Shown here one piece after another: positions 18,110 through 27,997 of a stretch of 64,000 bases of DNA. The stretch is taken from NCBI GenBank assembly GCA_963762255.1, contig CAVXKA010000001.1, forward strand, positions 1,248,001 through 1,312,000, written 5' to 3'. Each line of letters begins with the position of its first letter. The stretch's first letter is position 1. The stretch comes from Candidatus Eiseniibacteriota bacterium (lineage in GTDB: Bacteria; Eisenbacteria; RBG-16-71-46; JABDJR01). The notes beneath the pieces are model-generated. The model was not told the DNA's origin. It ran no database searches and saw only the letters and a program-made list of their open reading frames with translations. The position numbers were made by a program, and so were the translations under genes.

Positions 18110-18364
18110 ATGCGGCTCGAGCGACTCGACGAAGCGGTCAAGGTGCGGGCCGACTTCCAGGGCGGCACCATCATCCCGCTCCTCATCAAGCGGGGGAGCC
18201 AGGAGGTCAAGGTGAAGCGGGTCACCGCTCACTGGGAGGACCGGCGCGGCGCGCACAAGGTGCACTGCTTCTCCGTGCAGGCGGCGTCGGGGGACGTATA
18301 CCAGTTGGAGTTTCACAGCGGGGACCTCGTATGGAAGCTGAACTCGGTGATGCTGGACGGGTAA
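18110..18364 (+). CDS. Small DUF6504/ImuB-C-like beta protein
   Basis: MRLERLDEAVKV...VKRVTAHW...FSVQAASGDVYQLEF...WKL pattern. Overlaps the start of the Y-family polymerase. Confidence 0.6.
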   Translation: MRLERLDEAVKVRADFQGGTIIPLLIKRGSQEVKVKRVTAHWEDRRGAHKVHCFSVQAASGDVYQLEFHSGDLVWKLNSVMLDG

Positions 18365-19557
18365 TCCTCCACGTCGACCTCGACGCGTTTTTCGCCTCGG
18401 TGGAGCAGCTCCGCTACCCGCACCTGCGCGGGAAGCCGGTGATCGTGGGAAACGGCGTCATCGCGTCGTGCTCGTACGAGGCGCGCCGCCGTGGTTGCTA
18501 CGCGGGGCAGTCGCTCTCCGATGCGCGCCGCATGTGTCCGGGCGTGACGATCCTGGACGGCTGCGAGTCGGTCTATCGCGCCTTCGCCGAGAAGACCTTC
18601 GCGCTCTGCGCGGATCTCTCGCCGGCGATGGAGACCTTTCTCGACGAGGCGTTCCTCGATCTCACCGGCACCGCGCGCATGCACGGCGACCTGTTGGAGC
18701 GGGCGGGCACGCTCAAGCGGCAGGTGCGCGAGGAAGTGGGGCTCCCGATCACCGCCGGGCTCGGCCCCAACCGCATGCTGGCCAAGATCGCGAGCAAGTC
18801 GGTGAAGCCGGACGGGCTTCGCTGGATTCGCGCGGAGGAGATCGAGAGCGTGCTGCCCGCATTGCCCATCGACCGTCTTCCCGGTGTGGGGTATCGCATC
18901 GGCAAGGAGCTGGCCAAGTTCAACGTGCGCACGATCGGCGATCTGCGCGCGTTCCCCGCCGAGGTCCTGGAGCGCATGTTCGGCGCTCCCGGGCGCGCGC
19001 TCTACGAGCGCTGCCGCGGTCGTGACACGCGGGCGGTGGAGGCGCGCGAGGTGCCGCACTCGATCAGCCGCGAGACAGCGTTCCACGAGCCGGTGAGCGA
19101 TCCGCGCACGATGGAGAGCATGCTCTATTACCTGCTCGAGCGCGCGGTGCGCCACGCGCGGGGGCTCGGACTCTCCGCGCGCACGCTGGCGGTGTGGATC
19201 GATTACATGGAGTCGGGGCGCGAGGTGGCCGCCCGCAGTCTGGGGACGCCCAGCGACCAGGACGCGGTCTTCTTCGATCGCGCGCGGCGGATGCTCGCGA
19301 TGCTTCACACGCGGCGGGAGGCATTGCGGCGGATCGGCGTCGCGCTCACCAACTTCAGCGCCGACGCGGGCATGCAGGGAGATCTCTTCGCGGCGGGCGC
19401 CGACGTGCGGCGCGACCGGCTCTATCGCGGGCTCGACGCGGTGCGCGCGCGGTTCGGTCACGCATCGGTGGTGGCGGGGCCGTCGGTGCGGTTGATCGGG
19501 CAGCTCGAGCAGGACCGCAACGGGTTCGTGCTGCGGACGCCGTCGTTGACGAAGTAG
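18331..19557 (+). CDS. dinB: Y-family DNA polymerase (Pol IV-like, catalytic residues intact)
   Basis: HVDLDAFFASVE, SCSYEAR, FLDEAFLD, LAKIAS..KPDG; clamp motif QGDLF; C-terminal LDAVRARFG. Confidence 0.9.
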   Translation: MEAELGDAGRVILHVDLDAFFASVEQLRYPHLRGKPVIVGNGVIASCSYEARRRGCYAGQSLSDARRMCPGVTILDGCESVYRAFAEKTFALCADLSPAMETFLDEAFLDLTGTARMHGDLLERAGTLKRQVREEVGLPITAGLGPNRMLAKIASKSVKPDGLRWIRAEEIESVLPALPIDRLPGVGYRIGKELAKFNVRTIGDLRAFPAEVLERMFGAPGRALYERCRGRDTRAVEAREVPHSISRETAFHEPVSDPRTMESMLYYLLERAVRHARGLGLSARTLAVWIDYMESGREVAARSLGTPSDQDAVFFDRARRMLAMLHTRREALRRIGVALTNFSADAGMQGDLFAAGADVRRDRLYRGLDAVRARFGHASVVAGPSVRLIGQLEQDRNGFVLRTPSLTK

Positions 19558-19559
19558 CG

Positions 19560-19700
19560 GCGCGCACCGCTACGCGCGCGGCGGTGCGCGGGGTTCATCG
19601 CACCGCTACGCGCGCGCCCGTCGCCCTCGCCGAAGGGGCCCCCGCTTCGCGGCCCTTCGGACTGCGGTCGACGGGCGACGCGCTTCGCGGCGCACCCATT
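19560..19700. repeat. Cluster of GC-rich palindromes with a 17-bp direct repeat
   Basis: GCACCGCTACGCGCGCG at 19564 and 19600; hairpins CGCGCACCGC/GCGGTGCGCG and CCGAAGGG/CCCTTCGG. Confidence 0.55.
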
Positions 19701-19803
19701 CCACCACCGCCGACCCGCGGCGCCGCACGAAGCCGTGCCTGACGGGCGAACGCGAAGCGGCACAAGATCACCTGGGTGAGCGCCGGCCTGCTACCGTAGT
19801 GCC

Positions 19804-20529
19804 ATGACCACCGACCCCTGGGGCCCGCTGGGCCTCGCACTTCTCGCCTATCATCACGGCGACCACGCTGCCTCGGTGCAAATCCGCATCGAGGAGGGTA
19901 ACGCGGACCCGCTCTCCATGCGCGAGTTCTACCGCGACGGCGAGGAGTTCCCTGCGGTCGAGCAGGTCGCGCTGGATCGTTGCAGCGGCCGCGTGCTTGA
20001 TCTTGGCGCGGGCGCGGGGGTCCACGCGCTCGCCCTGCAGGCGCGCGGCCTCGACGTGATTGCGCTCGATGTGTCGCCGCTCGCTGTCGAAGTCATGCGG
20101 CACCGCGGCGTGCGCGACGCGCGCCTCGGCGACCTCTTCGCGTTTCGCGGCGAGCGCTTCGACACCGTGCTGCTCATGATGAACGGCATCGGCGTGGTGG
20201 GCGATCTGGCCGGGTTCGATCGGTTTCTCGACGTCGCGCGCCGCCTGATCGAACCGGGCGGGCAACTCCTTTTCGACTCCACCGACCTTCGTCTCGGTGA
20301 GGACGACGAGGAGCGGGCGCAGCGCGAGGCTCGCGTGCGGGAAGGTCGCTACTTCGGCCAGGTCCGCATGCGCATGACCTACCGAGGCCGCGACGGCGCG
20401 TCGTACTTCTGGCTCTTCCTGGATCCGGACACGCTCGCCGAGCACGCCGAGCGGGCGGGGTGGCGCACCGAGATCCTGCACGCCGAACCGACCGGCGAGT
20501 TCGCGGCGCGGCTCACGCTTTCGGCCTAG
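19804..20529 (+). CDS. Class I SAM-dependent methyltransferase
   Basis: GRVLDLGAGAG, FDTVLLMMNGIG, IEPGGQ. Confidence 0.88.
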   Translation: MTTDPWGPLGLALLAYHHGDHAASVQIRIEEGNADPLSMREFYRDGEEFPAVEQVALDRCSGRVLDLGAGAGVHALALQARGLDVIALDVSPLAVEVMRHRGVRDARLGDLFAFRGERFDTVLLMMNGIGVVGDLAGFDRFLDVARRLIEPGGQLLFDSTDLRLGEDDEERAQREARVREGRYFGQVRMRMTYRGRDGASYFWLFLDPDTLAEHAERAGWRTEILHAEPTGEFAARLTLSA

Positions 20530-20593
20530 AGCGCGGCGTCGTTGCGCGGGTGGCACGGCGGTTCCAGGCCGTGCCGGCTCGAAGATGAGTGCG

Positions 20594-21079
20594 CTAGCGG
20601 ACCGCCCCCGGTTTGCCGATCAGCCGCCGCAGCATGCCGGTCTGCCCCGCGTGATACGCCTCGTGGAAGACGAGCGCGGCCACCATCTCACCCGCGGTCA
20701 TGCCCTCGCGAACCACCATGTTTGCCGGCGCCACGGCATTCCACCGCTCCGGCGTCGCGCGATTGAGCGCGGCGATCAGACCGTCCTGTGAGCTTTGGAA
20801 GAGCCCCACGATCTCCGCGAAGTCGCGGTACCCGTCAGCCGGGAGCAGCTCCGCGCCGGGATGGTACGGCGCCGCCTCGTCGTCGCTCCAGACCGGCGCC
20901 TCGCCGAGCAGTCGCAGCATGCCGCTCCGGCCGTTGATGATGTGGCCCATCACCCAGTTCATGTGACTTCCGTCGTCGACCGCGCGATGAAGGCTCTCTT
21001 CGTGCGTGATCCCCGCGGTGTTCTTCGCGAGCACGAACTGCGTGAAGGCAAGCTGCGTGAGGAGCGGTTCGACGGTCAT
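20594..21079 (-). CDS. DinB_2/YfiT-like four-helix protein
   Basis: NWVMGHI and FHEAYHAGQ His triad. RBS AAGGAG. Confidence 0.85.
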   Translation of the reverse strand: MTVEPLLTQLAFTQFVLAKNTAGITHEESLHRAVDDGSHMNWVMGHIINGRSGMLRLLGEAPVWSDDEAAPYHPGAELLPADGYRDFAEIVGLFQSSQDGLIAALNRATPERWNAVAPANMVVREGMTAGEMVAALVFHEAYHAGQTGMLRRLIGKPGAVR

Positions 21080-21147
21080 GGAGATCTCCTTGGACGCAAG
21101 AGATTGAACCTGGGACGCGTCATCTTACGCGAGTCGGCGGACTGTTC

Positions 21148-21175
21148 TTGACACTAAACGTATGGCTGGTATTCT
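21148..21175 (+). promoter_or_regulatory. Sigma70-like promoter with candidate SOS/LexA box 2
   Basis: TTGACA(21148)-16 nt-TATTCT(21170). The spacer is CTAAACGTATGGCTGG (21154-21169). Confidence 0.7.
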
Positions 21176-21206
21176 TACGCCCCGGCTCCCCCCGGAGATC
21201 CCGTCC

Positions 21207-24200
21207 ATGCCCCCCTACGTTCCCCTCCACGTCCAGAGCGCGTATTCGCTCGGACGCGGCACCGCACCGGTGGAGCGCCTCGTCGATCAGGCCGTGCTCT
21301 ACGGTCACGACGCGCTCGCGCTGACCGATCGCAACAACCTCTACGGTGCCGTCGCGTTCACACGTGCCTGCCGCGAGCGCGGTGTGCGGCCGATCCTTGG
21401 CGCGGAAGTGGATGGGGGAGGCGCGCCGAGCGGTCGCGCCGGACTCGACGCACGCGACGCGCACCGGCCCCCCGCCGTCGGCTCCGAAGACGTCGTCACC
21501 CTCCTCGTGTGCGACGCCGAGGGCTACGCGAACCTCTGCCGGCTCATTACGCGGCGCATGATGGAGTCCCGCTTCCGTCTCGCTCCCGCGCTCGCCGAAC
21601 TTCACCGCGGACTGCACGTGCTGGTCGCCGACCCAGCGCTGCTAAGCACGCTCGCCTCCGTGATCCCACATGGCTCGCTCTGGGGTGAGCTCCAGGCGCC
21701 CCGGCACGGCGAGCCCGCGTTCGCCGCGGTGGCCGACGCCGCGCGCGCGCTCAACATCGACACCGTCGCCACCGGCGCCGTGACCTGCTTGCACCGCGAG
21801 GACCACCGCCTTCACGCCACGCTCACCGCCATCCGGGAGAACACGCTCGCGTCGCGCCTCACCCCGGCCGATCTCGCGCCCCGCGAGGCCTACTTCAAGG
21901 CACCTGCGGCGATGGCCTCGGTGTTTCGACGCCATCCCGGCGCGCTCGCCAACACGCGGCGCGTCGCCGAATCGTGTGCGTTCACGCTCGAGCGCAAGCG
22001 GTGGATCTTCCCCGATCCGCCGCTTCCAGGCGGAGAGACCGCAACCTCGCACCTGCGCGCACTCTGTGAAGCCGGTTTCGCGCGCCGCTATGGCGCGCGC
22101 CACGCAGCGCCCGCCGCGGCGAAACAGCTCAACCGCGAACTCGAGATCATCGAGCGCCTCGGGTTCTCTTCCTACTTCGTGGTAGTAGGGGAGATCGTGC
22201 GCTTCGGGCGCGCGCGCGGCGTGGCCACCGTGGGGCGCGGGAGCGGAGCGAGTGCCGTCACCGCCTACGTGCTCGGCATCACCAACGTCGACCCCATCCG
22301 ATACGGCCTCGCCTTCGAACGGTTCCTGCATGAAAAGCGCCCCGACTGGCCCGATCTCGACGTGGACCTCTGCTGGAAGCGCCGCGACGAGGTGATCGAG
22401 CATGTCTATGCGGCCTACGGTCGCGACCGCGTGGCCATGATCTCGACCCACAACACGTTCGGCACGCGCTCGGCGTTCCGCGAGGCGGCCAAGGCGCACG
22501 GCATCGCCAACCGTACCGTGGACCGCTTGAGCCGCTGCGTGCCGCACGCCGCCGAGGTCCCGCTGCGCGAAGCCTTGAAGCACGCCGCACGCGGCCGCGA
22601 GATCCCGCGCGAGGAGCCGCCGTGGCCGCAGGTGCTCGAGCAGGCGGAGCGGCTTGTGGGGCTACCGCGCCATCTGGGCCTTCACCCCGGCGGCATCGTG
22701 ATCGCGGACGCCCCGCTCGACCGCTACGTGCCGCTGGAGGAGGCCGCGAAGGGGATCGTGTGCACGCAGTTCGAGATGCGCGCCATCGAGGCGGTGGGGC
22801 TCGTCAAGATCGACCTTCTCGGCAACCGCGCCATTTCCACGATCCAGGAGACGGTGGAGTTGGTGGCGGCCGAGCGCGGTGTGCGGCTCGACCCCGACGC
22901 GTTTCCGCACGAGGACGCCGCGACCGCGAGCCTCATGTCGAGCGGTGACACCCTCGGCGTGTTCCAGATGGAGTCGCCCGGCATGCGGAACTTGAACCGC
23001 ATGCTTGCTACCCGCGACCTCGCCACCACCATCGCCGCGGTGGCGCTCATCCGCCCCGGCCCCGCGGCAAGCGGCATGAAGGAGCGCTTCTGCCGGCGCG
23101 CGCGCGGCCTTGAACCTGTCACCTATCCCGACCCGCGCCTCGAACCCGTCCTGCGCGAGACCTTCGGCGTGCCCCTCTACGAAGAGGACGTCATGCGCAT
23201 CGCCGCCACGGTCACCGGCCTCACACTGGAGGACGGCGACGTGCTGCGACGCGCCATCGCGGGCGGCTTCGCCCATGCCATCGAGGAGATGCGCGGCGTG
23301 TTCCTGTCCCGCGCGCAGCGGCGCCGCTACCTCCCTGAGACCGCGCGCGCGATATGGGACGGACTCCTGCAGTTCGGCACCTTCGCGTTCTGCAAGGCCC
23401 ACGCCGCCGGCTACGGGGTTCTCGCCTGGCAGGCGGGGTGGCTCAAGGCGCATTACCCCGCCGAGTTCTCGGTCGCGCTCATGAACCATCACGCGGGCAT
23501 GTACGACAAGCGCACGCACCTCGAGGATGCCAAGCGCCGCGGCGTGGCGGTGCTCCTCCCCGACGTGAACCATTCGGAGGAGATCTTCACCGTCGAACGC
23601 GGCGCGATCCGCATCGGCCTCGAGCGCGTGCGTGGCTTGCGCGTGACCGCGCGCGACGCGATCCTCGGCGAGCGCGGTCGTCGTCCCTTCGCGAGCCTGG
23701 AGGATTTCCTCGCCCGCGTGCCGGTCACGCGCCCCGAACTCGAAGCGCTCGTCGCGGCGGGGGCGTTCGACTTCACCGGGCGCACGCGGCCGGAGCTGTT
23801 CTGCCTCGCCGCGTCCGCGTTCGCGCTCTTCCGCCGCGCGGGGCGGCGGGAGGCCGGCGGCGACCTCTTCGAACTCGAAGCGCTCCCGCAAGCGTCGTGG
23901 GACACGCCCACCATCGCCGAGTTCTCCCGCGAGGAGCGCCTCTGGCTCGAGTGGTCCGTGCTGGGACTCTGCGCGCACGATCATCCGATGCGGGCGTTCC
24001 GGGCGGAGCCGGCATTGCGCGCCACCGTGCCGCTCCACGACGCGGAAACCCGCGTGGGCAAGCGCGTGCGCGTGGCCGGCCTCGTCGCGGCCCGCCGCGC
24101 CGTGCCCACCCGTCAGGGCCGGCAGATGCTCTTCGTGACCCTGGAGGACGAGACGGGCCTGCTCGAGTGCACACTCTTCCCGCCGGTCTACGCGCGGCAT

Positions 24201-24368
24201 CGCGGGGTGGTGCGGGATCTCGGCCCCTACGTCGCGGAGGGGCGCATCGAGGAACAGTACGGCGCTCCCACCCTCAACACGGAGCGTATCGCACGTGTCC
24301 GGACCCCCGCGTTCAACGCGTCCGCCGAAACGCTCCTCGTCCGAACTGGCGATCGAAGAACACCCTGA
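21207..24368 (+). CDS. dnaE2: Error-prone DNA polymerase III alpha subunit (DnaE2/ImuC-like)
   Basis: PHP (LHVQSAYS, LTDRNNLYG), GRGSGA, PDLDVD, VKIDLLG, FCKAHA, OB fold FVTLEDETG; no long DnaE1 C-terminal domain. Start ATG 21207 has a GGAG RBS. Confidence 0.88.
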   Translation: MPPYVPLHVQSAYSLGRGTAPVERLVDQAVLYGHDALALTDRNNLYGAVAFTRACRERGVRPILGAEVDGGGAPSGRAGLDARDAHRPPAVGSEDVVTLLVCDAEGYANLCRLITRRMMESRFRLAPALAELHRGLHVLVADPALLSTLASVIPHGSLWGELQAPRHGEPAFAAVADAARALNIDTVATGAVTCLHREDHRLHATLTAIRENTLASRLTPADLAPREAYFKAPAAMASVFRRHPGALANTRRVAESCAFTLERKRWIFPDPPLPGGETATSHLRALCEAGFARRYGARHAAPAAAKQLNRELEIIERLGFSSYFVVVGEIVRFGRARGVATVGRGSGASAVTAYVLGITNVDPIRYGLAFERFLHEKRPDWPDLDVDLCWKRRDEVIEHVYAAYGRDRVAMISTHNTFGTRSAFREAAKAHGIANRTVDRLSRCVPHAAEVPLREALKHAARGREIPREEPPWPQVLEQAERLVGLPRHLGLHPGGIVIADAPLDRYVPLEEAAKGIVCTQFEMRAIEAVGLVKIDLLGNRAISTIQETVELVAAERGVRLDPDAFPHEDAATASLMSSGDTLGVFQMESPGMRNLNRMLATRDLATTIAAVALIRPGPAASGMKERFCRRARGLEPVTYPDPRLEPVLRETFGVPLYEEDVMRIAATVTGLTLEDGDVLRRAIAGGFAHAIEEMRGVFLSRAQRRRYLPETARAIWDGLLQFGTFAFCKAHAAGYGVLAWQAGWLKAHYPAEFSVALMNHHAGMYDKRTHLEDAKRRGVAVLLPDVNHSEEIFTVERGAIRIGLERVRGLRVTARDAILGERGRRPFASLEDFLARVPVTRPELEALVAAGAFDFTGRTRPELFCLAASAFALFRRAGRREAGGDLFELEALPQASWDTPTIAEFSREERLWLEWSVLGLCAHDHPMRAFRAEPALRATVPLHDAETRVGKRVRVAGLVAARRAVPTRQGRQMLFVTLEDETGLLECTLFPPVYARHRGVVRDLGPYVAEGRIEEQYGAPTLNTERIARVRTPAFNASAETLLVRTGDRRTP

Positions 24369-25271
24369 CCCACTCGGCGTGCTGCAAGGAATTGGTGCCC
24401 ATGTCGAGGGCGTCCATGCGCACGAGGATCTGCCCCAAGGCCTGGTGATACGCGGGGACGGTGGGATCCTCGAGGACGGCGCTCCACAGCGCGAGCGCGG
24501 ACGCACGGTAGTCGTTGTCCTTGCCCAGGGCCACCCCGAGTCCGTAATGCGCCTCGGCCAGATCCGGGTGGTCCGCGAGAACCGCCTCGAGTTCGCCGCG
24601 CGCCTCGGTGAGCTTCCCCTGCGCGATCCAGGCGGATGCCAGGAGCACCCGCGCGGCGGGGAGGCCCGGCTCGAGCTCCAAAGCGCGAAGCGCCGCTCGT
24701 TCCGCCCGATCCGCGGCTCCACCTCGGTGCAGGGCCATCCCGGAGAGAGTCCATACGACCGCCCGGGATGAATCCGCGGCGAGAGCCTCGGCGAAAGCAT
24801 CCACTGCCGCCCCGAAGCGTTCCTGGTCGAGCGCTTCGAGGCCCTTGCGCACCGTCTCCGACGTGTCGGGCAGCGAATACCCGATGCGGCCGCGGGTCAA
24901 GGCCCATGCCGCGCGCAATTCGCGCGCCGCACCCTCGAAATCGCTCAGCCGATAGCGGGCGAGCGCGGCGAACCCGTGTGGGCCGGGGTGACTCGGATCC
25001 AGACCGCCGCCTCCTCCAGCTCGCGCATGGCCTCGCGGGGCGACTCGTCCACCATGAGCGCGCCCAGGCGATAGCGCGCGGCGAAGGACTGCGGATCGCG
25101 CTCGAGTTCGCCTTCCAGGAGAGCGCGCGCACGCGGGAGGTCGCCCACAGTCATGGCCTGATCGGCCTGGCGCAGCGGACCGGAGTCGGCCACCGCGCTG
25201 CCGCGTTGCCCGCAGGCGGCGAGAGCGAGGATGATCGCGACCGGGAGAACCCAGGGGCGAACGCGGAGCAT
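24313..25271 (-). CDS. TPR lipoprotein (split by a frameshift near 25005)
   Basis: ORF 24945-25271 has lipobox LAA-C and TPRs. It continues in the frame of 24313-24918 (PDLAEAHYGLGVAL TPR). Confidence 0.7.
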
Positions 25272-25315
25272 GCTAAACTTCGCGCCCCGGCGGCGGCGCC
25301 GGAAGGGGGTCGGCG

Positions 25316-25693
25316 TTGACGAGTTGGAAGTTGGGCTTGGCCACTATCCTGCTGCTCCTATTGGTCCTGCTCTTGCCGTTCTTCTGTCGTGAGCGCACCG
25401 ACCCCTCGCTCCGCGACCTGCCCGGATTCGCCGTCTACGAGCGAACGTGTGTTCGCTGCCACGGCGGGCGAGGCCAGGGGCGCAAGGCGTCCAGCCTCGC
25501 CGATCGGCCGCTGGATCTGGCGAGTCCCGCCTTCCGCGACACCGCGCGTGTCGAAAGCATCCGCGACATCGTCGCGCGGGGCAAGGGGAAGATGAAGGGG
25601 CTTGAAGGCAAGCTCTCCCCGGCGGAGATCGACGCGGTATCGCGCTTCGTGCTCCTCCTGCCCGAGCGGGGTTCGGGGGATTCGAAGCGCTAG
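25316..25693 (+). CDS. Monoheme cytochrome c (c6/c553-like), membrane-anchored
   Basis: Hydrophobic N-terminus, CVRCH heme motif, GKGKM distal Met, LSPAEIDAV. Confidence 0.85.
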   Translation: MTSWKLGLATILLLLLVLLLPFFCRERTDPSLRDLPGFAVYERTCVRCHGGRGQGRKASSLADRPLDLASPAFRDTARVESIRDIVARGKGKMKGLEGKLSPAEIDAVSRFVLLLPERGSGDSKR

Positions 25694-25724
25694 CCGACCG
25701 CAAGGGCGCGAGCGATCCGAAGCG

Positions 25725-27014
25725 CTAGCCGTCCGCTGGGATGCGGCGGTCGGGCACCCGCCGCAGCAGCACGGCGCCCGCGGCGGCCAGCACCGCAAGG
25801 ACGCCCACCGCGAGGCGATACCGAGCCGTGCCGAGCGGCGCCCCGATCAGCACGGTGAGTCCCCAGAGAAGCGGTCCCACGATCGCTGCCGCCTTGTTGC
25901 AAAAGGCGTAGAGCCCGAAGAGACGCCCCTCTTCGCCGGCCGGGGTCAGCGTGAGGAGGAGCGGCCGCGATGTGGTCCATACCGCCCCCAGGAGCGCGCC
26001 GATCACCCCGCCCATGACGTAGAAGACGGTCTCGGAGGGGACCATCGCTACCGCGAGAAGGCACACCACCCATAGCCACGCCGTCGCGGCAAGCGTGCGG
26101 TGCGGGCCGACGCGATCGGCGATCCACCCCGCGGCGAAGGAGCCGAGGATCGCGGGGATGGTGGCGAGCATGAAGAACACGACCTTGGCCGAGTCCGGGA
26201 GCCCGAGCACCTTCTGCGCGTAGACCGCCATGAAGAGGATCACGGTGTGCACGGCGTCGAGCAGAAGGAGGTTGGCGACCAGGAACCAGACGACACCCGG
26301 ATAGCGGCGCGTATCGGCCAGGGTGGCGCGGATCTCGGCCCATGCAGCGCGTGGGCTCGGTCGCGGGCCGGCAGCGCGCCGCGGTTCGCGCACACGCAGA
26401 AAGATGGGGAGAGCGAGCAACCCGAAGAGGATCGCGCTGGGGAGAAACGCCGCCGTGCGCCCTCCGGCGTGAACGCCCGGAATCGCCAGGTTCACGAGCG
26501 GCATCTTCCCCTCGACGAACGGCACCACGAGGAGCATTCCCACGAACGAGCCCACGTAACCCAGCGCCACGCCCATGCCGCTCACGCGGCCGCGCGTCTC
26601 CGGAGTGCTCACCGCCGGCAAGAGCGCGTTATAGAAGACGAGCCCCCCCTGAAACGCGTAGTTGGATAGCGCGAACACAGCAAGCGCCAGGAGGAACCCG
26701 GCGGTGCCCGGCATTCGCGTGAACCAGCTCAGCGCCGCGGTGGCGGCCACCGACACCGCGGTGAAGAGGCCGAGAAAGACGAGCCGGCGGTTTCCGCGAT
26801 CCGACCACAGTCCCAGATAGGGAAGGGTCAGCGCTACCGCGAGCATGGAGCCCCCGTAGAAGACGCTGTACCAGAGATCCTCGCGCCCTCGATCGACCGT
26901 GACCCACTGCGAAAAGTAGAGGCTGATCACGTTCATCGAGTAGATGGTGTTGGCGAGGTCGTAGAGCGCCCATGGGACGGCGCCGCGAGGCTTGCTCGAG
27001 GGTGCGGCAGGCAT
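25725..27014 (-). CDS. MFS transporter (UMF1/ATG22-like)
   Basis: WALYDLAN, FYNALLP...RGRVSG.G..LGYVG, multiple TM segments, FGLYA. Confidence 0.88.
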   Translation of the reverse strand: MPAAPSSKPRGAVPWALYDLANTIYSMNVISLYFSQWVTVDRGREDLWYSVFYGGSMLAVALTLPYLGLWSDRGNRRLVFLGLFTAVSVAATAALSWFTRMPGTAGFLLALAVFALSNYAFQGGLVFYNALLPAVSTPETRGRVSGMGVALGYVGSFVGMLLVVPFVEGKMPLVNLAIPGVHAGGRTAAFLPSAILFGLLALPIFLRVREPRRAAGPRPSPRAAWAEIRATLADTRRYPGVVWFLVANLLLLDAVHTVILFMAVYAQKVLGLPDSAKVVFFMLATIPAILGSFAAGWIADRVGPHRTLAATAWLWVVCLLAVAMVPSETVFYVMGGVIGALLGAVWTTSRPLLLTLTPAGEEGRLFGLYAFCNKAAAIVGPLLWGLTVLIGAPLGTARYRLAVGVLAVLAAAGAVLLRRVPDRRIPADG

Positions 27015-27103
27015 GGGGACAGTCTAGCGGGCCTCGGCGGGCTTGTCCCGAGACGCCTGCCGGGTCTATGGTCCCGTCCGCGCTTCAGACCCCGAGGAAC
27101 ACC

Positions 27104-27517
27104 ATGACATCTCCTTCAGCTCCCCTGGACGTGGTGGCCGGCATTCTCATCGAGGACGGCCGCGTCCTTCTGGCCCAGCGCACGGCCGAGCAGTCCTACC
27201 CCCTCTGCTGGGAGTTCCCCGGCGGGAAAGTGGAGGAGGGCGAGCAACCCGAAGCGGCGCTGGTGCGGGAATTCGGGGAGGAGATGGGGTTTGAGATCCG
27301 CGTGAAGGAACTCTACGCGGAGGTGAGCACCGCGAGCCCGACCGGCCGGCAGGTGCGCGTGCGGTTCTTCATGGCCGAGCGTGCGGCGGGCATGCCCCAT
27401 CCCGTCGAGGTCGCGGCGGTGGAGTGGGTGGAGCTCTGCGACCTCGGTCGCTGGAACGTCATCCCCACCAATCTGGCGGTGGTGGAGCGACTCATGGGCG
27501 AACGTGGGGCGGTGTGA
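27104..27517 (+). CDS. MutT-like NUDIX pyrophosphohydrolase
   Basis: WEFPGGKVEEGEQPEAALVREFGEEMG Nudix box. Confidence 0.9.
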   Translation: MTSPSAPLDVVAGILIEDGRVLLAQRTAEQSYPLCWEFPGGKVEEGEQPEAALVREFGEEMGFEIRVKELYAEVSTASPTGRQVRVRFFMAERAAGMPHPVEVAAVEWVELCDLGRWNVIPTNLAVVERLMGERGAV

Positions 27518-27571
27518 GTCGGGGACGTGGAACGAACGGGGCGTGGATCGAAGGGGGAGACGACCGCGGAC

Positions 27572-27997
27572 CTAGCGACGGGGCCTGGCGGCTCCCTCGA
27601 ACACCTTCTTGAGATAGCCCCAGGTCTTGGCATCGATCGGCGCCGGGCCGGAGAGCACGGTGATCGTGCCTTTGAGGTCGGGCCGGCTGCGGGAGAAGTA
27701 CTTATAGACGCCGGTGCGATCGAAGGTGCGCTCCACCGAGGTCTGCTGACCGCCGACAACGAGGTTGTCCCACTCGACACCGGCGAGGATGTCGTCGGTT
27801 CCCTCCCCGCTCGCGAGGACCTGGGTAGCGGCGCCCGCCTGCAGCTCCCATCGCACCACGTCATCCTTGCTGATGGTGAGCGTGGAAGGGGAGAACTCGC
27901 CGTTGCTGACCTTGACCACGTGCACGGCGGCGTCGGCGGAGAGGGCAAAGCCCCCCGCAAACGTCACCGCGATCAAGGCAGCTATCCAAGGGCGCAT
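27572..27997 (-). CDS. Secreted cupredoxin-fold protein with C-terminal TWG-x2-K motif
   Basis: Signal peptide; FSPSTLTISKDDVVRW...TFDRTGVYKYF...LKGTITV; tail PIDAKTWGYLKKVF. Confidence 0.75.
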   Translation of the reverse strand: MRPWIAALIAVTFAGGFALSADAAVHVVKVSNGEFSPSTLTISKDDVVRWELQAGAATQVLASGEGTDDILAGVEWDNLVVGGQQTSVERTFDRTGVYKYFSRSRPDLKGTITVLSGPAPIDAKTWGYLKKVFEGAARPRR

